34,042 bases of DNA, taken from IMG/VR virus record IMGVR_UViG_2571042487_000002, positions 1 through 34,042 of that record; one strand, 5' to 3'. The DNA comes from a virus. Lineage: Duplodnaviria > Heunggongvirae > Uroviricota > Caudoviricetes. Below, piece after piece: positions 28,120 through 34,042 of the stretch. Made by a program: the position numbers and the translations under genes. The stretch's first letter is position 1, and every line of letters starts with the position of its first letter. Under the pieces are notes generated by a model. It ran no database searches. It saw nothing but the letters and a program-made list of their open reading frames with translations, and was not told where the DNA came from.

Positions 28120-29163
28120 GTGAAAGCCGTAATTACTCCCTTTGTACAAAAAGAGCTTGGCGTCGCCACATTCAAAGTGGATCAGGAAGTCAGAAAGCTG
28201 GTGGAGGCTGGCCGTAAATTTATTATGGAGCCGGTGCCGCGTGAGTTAATCGAGCACATGGACGACGGCCTCGTTGTTTCCGAGCAAACTATGGCAACAA
28301 ATGAGGCGTTGCAGCCGTTTTTTAACAGCGATGAACTGTTTCGCCGTATTGGTGGAATTGACGCGCTGGTGGCGTGGTTGCGCAGGAAAGAGGGGCAATG
28401 CCAGGCCGCAGATCGTAGCTGGTGTGACAACCATATTGTCCACGCAGAACGAGACAATAGCGCGGTGTTGTTGTGCTGGCATCACGATAACCATTACCGG
28501 ATGCGTGGTTTTAATGAGCTGAAAGAAACGCTGCATAATAATCGCGTTAACTGGATACTGGATGTCGCCCGTCAGGAAATGGGGCTTTCAGATGGCCATG
28601 ATTTAAGTATTCAGGAACTGTGCTGGTGGGCTTTCATGCGCAACATGATGCACCTGATGCCGGAAGAAGTTTGCCGTATATCAATAAATAAGATGAAAGC
28701 CGCAACGCAGGATAGCGGACCTCTGAAAGAGGCGGATATTCGCCCGTATGACGATCGCGCTACAGCATATGTTCAGATGATGGAAGAACGCGCCGCGCCG
28801 ATGCGTGCAAAAGTATGCCCTGTGGATGTTGACTCCGACCCTGGCATGGCGCATTTCAAAATACCAAAACTGCAATCGCTAAAATTACCTGAGTACATGG
28901 ACTTTGTTGCTTCCCGTCCATGCTGTGGGTGTGGAGCGGCGGGAGCTGGCGCTCACATTACGCCTTATATCGTTCGTCATAGTCGATTATGCGCGCATGA
29001 CATTTACGCAATTCCTCTGTGCCAGTCATGCCAGCGTGATATTGAGCGTGACCGCGATAATTGGGAGAAGACGCACGGTAGGCTGGCGATGCATCAACGA
29101 TTGTTCTTTGATTACGCGCTTGGAGTCGGCGCTATCACAAGTCACTCGTCGAGTGTTAGATAA
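28120..29163 (+). CDS. Cys-rich hypothetical protein (347 aa)
   Basis: GTG start; multiple CxxC/CC clusters ([17 protein letters not shown]); position corresponds to P1 pdcB. Confidence 0.5.
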   Translation: MKAVITPFVQKELGVATFKVDQEVRKLVEAGRKFIMEPVPRELIEHMDDGLVVSEQTMATNEALQPFFNSDELFRRIGGIDALVAWLRRKEGQCQAADRSWCDNHIVHAERDNSAVLLCWHHDNHYRMRGFNELKETLHNNRVNWILDVARQEMGLSDGHDLSIQELCWWAFMRNMMHLMPEEVCRISINKMKAATQDSGPLKEADIRPYDDRATAYVQMMEERAAPMRAKVCPVDVDSDPGMAHFKIPKLQSLKLPEYMDFVASRPCCGCGAAGAGAHITPYIVRHSRLCAHDIYAIPLCQSCQRDIERDRDNWEKTHGRLAMHQRLFFDYALGVGAITSHSSSVR

Positions 29164-29164
29164 A

Positions 29165-29206
29165 ATTGCTCTAATGTATTGCTATTTCTTTAATCGAGGG
29201 TATTAT
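29165..29206 (+). promoter_or_regulatory. C1 operator-like site overlapping a candidate promoter for lpa
   Basis: ATTGCTCTAATGTATTG (29165-29181) begins 2 nt after the upstream stop; candidate -35 TTGCTA and -10 TATTAT with 17-bp spacer. Confidence 0.55.
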
Positions 29207-29251
29207 ATTCCACGTTGATTAGTTGACATGGGCTAATCAGTAGGTGACAGG

Positions 29252-29704
29252 ATGTTACTTAACTGGCAGGGACGCCACTTCATGGAAATAAATCACTCAC
29301 GAATAACATCGTACGAGATTGCGGATTACATGATCCGCACTAAATCTCTTCTATCAGCGAAAGAACTCGCAGCAATTCTTGAAAAGGAATACCCGCATCT
29401 GGATGTCGATAAGCGCGATGTTTATCTGCGCTTAAAGGCTATCGCTGTGTCTAAGTATTCGTCTGTTTTGATTGATGACAGTACACGCCCACGTAGATTT
29501 CAGATCCACTCTCTGAATCCTGAATTCTTTCGCCGTAGCCGCGCTCCGCGCCGGTTTGATGAAAAACTCCAGAACGAACTCTATATGACGCAGGACGAAA
29601 AGGAACGCCGGGAGCACCAGCCTTGGGTAATGGCGCGTCAACTTTTCAATAAGGTGGCCCGTCAGCACCGTCATTACGGTAATGCCACATCCGCACGTAT
29701 CTGA
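29252..29704 (+). CDS. lpa: Late promoter activator-like protein
   Basis: 150-aa ORF directly after the C1-controlled promoter and before pacA, matching P1 lpa synteny; assignment by synteny, not motif. Confidence 0.6.
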   Translation: MLLNWQGRHFMEINHSRITSYEIADYMIRTKSLLSAKELAAILEKEYPHLDVDKRDVYLRLKAIAVSKYSSVLIDDSTRPRRFQIHSLNPEFFRRSRAPRRFDEKLQNELYMTQDEKERREHQPWVMARQLFNKVARQHRHYGNATSARI

Positions 29705-29789
29705 TTGATTGCTTGCCCGTTCCGGGCCTTTTGACATGTGACTTTCGTTACCCTCGCGTCAAAAAGAGTTTTTACGAAAGGAAGCATAA

Positions 29790-30983
29790 GTGACCTGGGA
29801 CGATCACAAGAAGAATTTTGCTCGCCTGGCGCGAGATGGTGGTTACACCATCGCACAGTATGCCGCCGAGTTTAATCTTAACCCTAATACTGCACGTCGT
29901 TATCTCCGTGCCTTCAAAGAAGACACCAGGACAGCGGACAGCCGCAAGCCAAATAAGCCAGTCAGGAAGCCACTAAAAAGCATGATCATTGATCACTCTA
30001 ATGATCAACATGCAGGTGATCACATTGCGGCTGAAATAGCGGAAAAACAAAGGGTTAATGCCGTTGTCAGTGCCGCAGTCGAGAATGCGAAGCGCCAAAA
30101 TAAGCGCATAAATGATCGTTCTGATGATCATGACGTGATCACCCGCGCCCACCGGACCTTACGTGATCGCCTGGAACGCGACACCCTGGATGATGATGGT
30201 GAACGCTTTGAATTCGAAGCTGGCGATTACCTGATAGATAACGTTGAAGCGCGGAAGGCCGCGCGCGCTATGTTGCGTCGGTCCGGGGCCGATGTTCTGG
30301 AAACCACTCTTCTGGAAAAGTCTCTTTCTCATCTCCTTATGCTGGAGAACGCCAGGGATACGTGTATTCGTCTGGTGCAGGAAATGCGCGATCAGCAAAA
30401 AGACGATGATGAAGGGACTCCGCCTGAATATCGTATCGCGAGCATGCTAAACAGCTGTTCCGCGCAGATAAGCAGCCTGATCAACACCATTTACAGCATC
30501 CGGAATAACTATCGAAAAGAAAGCCGGGAGGCGGAAAAGCACGCTTTATCTATGGGGCAAGCTGGCATTGTTAAGCTGGCATACGAACGAAAGCGTGAAA
30601 ATAACTGGTCAGTGCTGGAAGCAGCTGAATTCATCGAGGCGCATGGCGGGAAAGTGCCGCCCCTGATGCTGGAGCAAATCAAAGCCGATCTGCGTGCTCC
30701 TAAGACAAATACCGATGATGAGGAAAGGCAAACTGCCGTCGGTGGCCCTTCTCTTGAAGATCTGGACAAAGTTGCGCGAGAACGGGCCGCCAACCGCCGC
30801 GCCGATGCCGCATTGTGGATTGAGCAGCGTAGGGAAGAAATCGCCGATATCGTTGATACAGGCGGTTATGGAGATGTTGATACTGAAGGTGTATCAAACG
30901 ACCCATGGCTGGAACAAGACCTGGACGAAGACGAGGAGGAAGACGAAGAAGTTACCCGCAAGCTATACGGGGATGATGATTAA
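29790..30983 (+). CDS. pacA: Terminase small subunit / pac-site recognition protein
   Basis: 397 aa, GTG start after GAAAGGAAG; N-terminal HTH ([23 protein letters not shown]); acidic C-terminal tail; pac hexamer clusters lie inside the ORF. Confidence 0.85.
   Translation: MTWDDHKKNFARLARDGGYTIAQYAAEFNLNPNTARRYLRAFKEDTRTADSRKPNKPVRKPLKSMIIDHSNDQHAGDHIAAEIAEKQRVNAVVSAAVENAKRQNKRINDRSDDHDVITRAHRTLRDRLERDTLDDDGERFEFEAGDYLIDNVEARKAARAMLRRSGADVLETTLLEKSLSHLLMLENARDTCIRLVQEMRDQQKDDDEGTPPEYRIASMLNSCSAQISSLINTIYSIRNNYRKESREAEKHALSMGQAGIVKLAYERKRENNWSVLEAAEFIEAHGGKVPPLMLEQIKADLRAPKTNTDDEERQTAVGGPSLEDLDKVARERAANRRADAALWIEQRREEIADIVDTGGYGDVDTEGVSNDPWLEQDLDEDEEEDEEVTRKLYGDDD
29983..30168 (+). other. pac packaging site: two clusters of TGATCA/G hexamers carrying GATC (Dam) sites
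   Basis: Four TGATCA at 29983-30022; TGATCG, TGATCA, TGATCA, TGATCG at 30113-30168. Confidence 0.75.
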
Positions 30984-32467
30984 TGGCCAGAAGTTGCGTA
31001 ACGGATCCACGTTGGCGCGAGCTGGTGGCGCTATATCGTTATGACTGGATTGCGGCCGCTGATGTTTTGTTCGGCAAAACACCTACCTGGCAGCAGGATC
31101 TGATTATTGAGTCTGTGCAGGAACAGGGTAGCAAGACATCTGTTTCGTCTGGTCACGGTACCGGGAAATCAGACATGACTTCTATCATGATCATGTTGTT
31201 CATAATCATGTATCCCGGTGCCCGAGCCATTATCGTTGCGAACAAAATTCAGCAGGTAATGACCGGTATATTCAAGTACATCAAGATAAACTGGGCTACT
31301 GCCACCAGCCGTTTTCCATGGCTTGCTGATTATTTTGTTCTGACAGAAACCGCTTTCTATGAGGTTACTGGTAAAGGTGTATGGACTGTAGTACCGAAGG
31401 GCTTTCGTCTGGGAAGTGAAGAAGCTCTCGCCGGTGAACACGCAGATCATCTTCTGTATATTATCGATGAAGCCTCCGGTGTCAGTGATAGAGCTTTCGG
31501 TATCATCACCGGTGCTCTTACCGGACAGGATAACCGCATCTTATTGCTGTCACAGCCTACACGCCCAAGCGGCTATTTCTACGATACTCACCATAAACTG
31601 GCCAAGCGTCCTGGTAACCCTGATGGCGTTTATACGGCGATCACGCTTAACAGTGAGGAATCACCGCTGGTAACGCCAGCATTTATCAAAATGAAGCTGG
31701 CGGAGTACGGCGGGCGTGATAACCCTATGTACATGATTAAGGTACGCGGACTATTCCCTAAATCACAGGATGGCTTCCTTCTTGGACGTGATGAGGTTGA
31801 ACGTGCGACGCGGCGGAAAGTCAAGATTGCCAAAGGATGGGGCTGGCTTGCATGTGTGGACGTTGCTGGTGGTACGGGACGGGATAAGTCCGTTATCAAT
31901 ATCATGATGGTGTCCGGCCAGAGAAATAAACGCCGTGTAATCAACTATCGAATGCTGGAATACACAGACGTTACAGAAACGCAGCTTGCCGCCAAAATTT
32001 TCGCAGAATGTAATCCTGAGCGATTCCCAAATATCACCATAGCGATAGACGGCGATGGGCTGGGTAAAGCAACGGCGGATCTGATGTACGAGTATTATGG
32101 TATTACCGTACAGCGTATACGCTGGGGTAAAAAGATGCATAGCCGTGAAGATAAGAGCCTGTACTTTGATAAGCGTGCTTATGCCAACGTTCAAGCCGCA
32201 GAGGCCGTAAAATCAGGTCGTATGAGACTGGATAAGGGTAATGAAACTATTGAGGAAGCGTCGAAAATCCCTGTAGGGATTAACTCCGCAGGTCAATGGA
32301 AGGTGATGAGTAAGGAGGATATGAAGAAAAAACTCAACCTGCACTCACCAGACCATTGGGATACATATTGTTTCGCTATGCTGGCGGATTATGTTCCCCA
32401 GGATGAAGTGCTTAGCGTCGAAGACGAAGCGCAGGTTGATGAAGCTCTGGCATGGCTTAATGAATAA
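30983..32467 (+). CDS. pacB: Terminase large subunit
   Basis: 494 aa; ATGA coupling to pacA; Walker A-like SGHGTGKS; nuclease-domain acidic residues in the C-terminal half. Confidence 0.9.
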   Translation: MARSCVTDPRWRELVALYRYDWIAAADVLFGKTPTWQQDLIIESVQEQGSKTSVSSGHGTGKSDMTSIMIMLFIIMYPGARAIIVANKIQQVMTGIFKYIKINWATATSRFPWLADYFVLTETAFYEVTGKGVWTVVPKGFRLGSEEALAGEHADHLLYIIDEASGVSDRAFGIITGALTGQDNRILLLSQPTRPSGYFYDTHHKLAKRPGNPDGVYTAITLNSEESPLVTPAFIKMKLAEYGGRDNPMYMIKVRGLFPKSQDGFLLGRDEVERATRRKVKIAKGWGWLACVDVAGGTGRDKSVINIMMVSGQRNKRRVINYRMLEYTDVTETQLAAKIFAECNPERFPNITIAIDGDGLGKATADLMYEYYGITVQRIRWGKKMHSREDKSLYFDKRAYANVQAAEAVKSGRMRLDKGNETIEEASKIPVGINSAGQWKVMSKEDMKKKLNLHSPDHWDTYCFAMLADYVPQDEVLSVEDEAQVDEALAWLNE

Positions 32468-32491
32468 CTCATTGACCATGCCGGATGGAAA

Positions 32492-33343
32492 CTATTGCGC
32501 GCTTTCGGGGTTGTCGTTTACTGGCTGCCCCTTCTTAGTTTTACGGCTGCGCGTAACTGATGCGGCTGATTTGACCTTTTTCTCTTCGCGAGTGATGGCA
32601 ATTTGTTTTTTTACATTTTCAATATCTGCCAGGCGATATATTTTTGCCTGCGGCCAGCGGTCGCAGATGATCGGTTCTATAGAGTCATAAAGGCTAAATT
32701 TTGCTTTCTCGAATTCACCGTTGATGATAATTCCATCACGGAGAGTTTCATCGCAGATAAACACACCACATAGCGGCACATGGTAACTAACTGATTTACC
32801 ATCATTGTAGTTAGGGCTACTAGAAATGTAATGGACGCGCAGCATTGTTTCGCTAAAGCCGTGTACGCGCATACGGAATTTTTCATCCTCCGGGTACTGC
32901 TTCATTAGCTCTTTTGTTGCTTCCAGGTTCTCTATGTATTTCGCACTGTGCTCATTGATCCCTGCGCTTTTCTGGATGCGAATGTCCTTATCAATCAGAT
33001 GAATAATGCGGCCAGCGGTCATGTTGACGCTGTTCACAGCTTCTGTCTGATAAGTCGTAACCTTACGCACACCGCGAAGGATGTTAGGCACTGGATATAA
33101 AATAGTCTTTGGGATATTGAGGTCTGGGTACTGTTCCAGTTCCCGCGCCATTAAAGTCCATTTATCAATTTCAGCCTGAATGCTGTCCGTTTCTTTGAAC
33201 GGCAGAACGACAACCGGGCGAACAGGACGACCGTCGCTGGCGGCATCAACGTGTTGGGCGCGTGCAACAGCTTTTTTTAGAAAGAGATCCCTGAAGCTGA
33301 CGAACTCCTGGTACAGTTGTTCGCCGTAGACATAATTTATCAT
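32492..33343 (-). CDS. c1: C1 master repressor
   Basis: 283-aa ORF convergent with pacB, preceded by operator-like sites; size and N-terminus (MINYVYGEQLYQEF...) match my recollection of P1 C1. Confidence 0.8.
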   Translation of the reverse strand: MINYVYGEQLYQEFVSFRDLFLKKAVARAQHVDAASDGRPVRPVVVLPFKETDSIQAEIDKWTLMARELEQYPDLNIPKTILYPVPNILRGVRKVTTYQTEAVNSVNMTAGRIIHLIDKDIRIQKSAGINEHSAKYIENLEATKELMKQYPEDEKFRMRVHGFSETMLRVHYISSSPNYNDGKSVSYHVPLCGVFICDETLRDGIIINGEFEKAKFSLYDSIEPIICDRWPQAKIYRLADIENVKKQIAITREEKKVKSAASVTRSRKTKKGQPVNDNPESAQ

Positions 33344-33437
33344 TGATCCTCCTCCAGAATTGACATGGCCAACAACTCACAGCGGATTACACTGGGAGTT
33401 GTTGGCCACCATTATAGAAGGATCCAACGAAAATAAT

Positions 33438-33454
33438 AGATTTATTAGTGCATT
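33438..33454 (-). promoter_or_regulatory. C1 operator-like site between coi and c1
   Basis: Minus-strand AATGCACTAATAAATCT (14/17 to consensus). Confidence 0.4.
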
Positions 33455-33663
33455 TATTGTGAGTCTGGCTGGTTAGTGGCCATGAGATATTCGATTGTGT
33501 CAGTGAGATCATCCAGGTCGTCTTGGGTGATGCGGTACTCCTGATTGGATATCTTTGAGTAGTGTTCAGCAATGGCGCGGGCAGCGTCGGTTTCGGCGGG
33601 GTCTACAGATAAAGCGTTAGAGCAATGTCTAACGTCGTCGATGGTTGGTGGAATGAAAGCCAT
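33454..33663 (-). CDS. coi: C1 inactivator (Coi)-like small protein
   Basis: 69-aa acidic ORF immediately upstream of c1 on the same strand. Confidence 0.7.
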   Translation of the reverse strand: MAFIPPTIDDVRHCSNALSVDPAETDAARAIAEHYSKISNQEYRITQDDLDDLTDTIEYLMATNQPDSQ

Positions 33664-33901
33664 AATTATGCCTCACTGTATTGACAACACAGAGCCTGAA
33701 GCTCTGACCTACTGTTTCACCCATGATCCATGCTGGGGTAATCTAACAACATTGCGCTGTGTGTAAGATGAGCAATGCATAGCTGTAATGCCGTTGTATA
33801 AGGTTTCCCTGTTTGCTCATTTCCTTCTGAGCCGCTCTACAACGCTGAAGACACATTAAATAGTGAATCCAAAGTCGTATTACGAAACGGCGGCAAAACT
33901 A

Positions 33902-34001
33902 TAATTTATTAGAGCAATTGTCAAACAACTATGAAAAACAATCCAGTTTTTGGCTGGTGGAGTGGGATTTTTCTCTCAAAATTTATTGCTCTAATAATTC
34001 T
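33902..34001. promoter_or_regulatory. Cluster of C1 operator sites upstream of coi-c1
   Basis: Minus-strand ATTGCTCTAATAAATTA (33902-33918) and plus-strand ATTGCTCTAATAATTCT (33985-34001) followed by TTGATT. Confidence 0.6.
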
Positions 34002-34042
34002 TGATTTTTATGCGCAGCTGGACGTAAACTCCTCTTCAGACC

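Noticed and set aside
29731-29789. A sigma70 promoter for pacA from the TTGACA at 29731-29736
   Set aside because: No acceptable -10 hexamer lies 16-18 bp downstream. Late genes in P1-like phages are expected to need the Lpa activator, whose site I cannot define confidently from memory.
33572-33766. Plus-strand ORF 33572-33766
   Set aside because: It is antisense to coi and to the c1/coi promoter-operator region, with no RBS.

Overview
This 34 kb window reads as a contiguous segment of a P1-like temperate myophage / plasmid-prophage, running from the bifunctional methyltransferase (dmt-like) to the immunity region (c1, coi). The assignment rests on a combination I recognise from phage P1: a 754-aa C5-cytosine/Dam-like fusion methyltransferase, tRNA-Asn/Thr/Ile(CAU), a TerB-like protein, a DnaB-like helicase (ban), phd-doc, pacA carrying TGATCA/G hexamer clusters, pacB, a 283-aa C1 and 69-aa Coi, and repeated 17-bp ATTGCTCTAATAAATTT operators. 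Gene order along the window: dmt; an operator-overlapped promoter with a structured leader; tRNA-Asn and tRNA-Thr; a ~1.2 kb non-coding array of hairpin repeats; a TerB-like gene with two micro-ORFs; tRNA(CAU); helicase; a GT-B glycosyltransferase-like gene; a leftward six-gene operon ending in a gpV/gp5-like spike protein; a zinc-ribbon protein and VRR-NUC nuclease; two overlapping DUF115/MptE-like paralogues; a Ser/Thr phosphatase; an operator-bounded three-gene unit; a mosaic ea22-like accessory region containing an A+T-rich islet; hot, a LexA box and humD; phd-doc; lpa; pacA/pacB; and convergent c1-coi. No CRISPR array, rRNA, integrase or transposase was seen. All calls come from reading the sequence and ORF track by eye, with no searches run, so names for poorly conserved genes are tentative. 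The least-explained parts, and my best candidates for something undescribed, are the hairpin-repeat array at 2.7-3.95 kb, the DUF115 pair/phosphatase block, the A+T-rich islet at 24.4-25.3 kb and the leftward operon.
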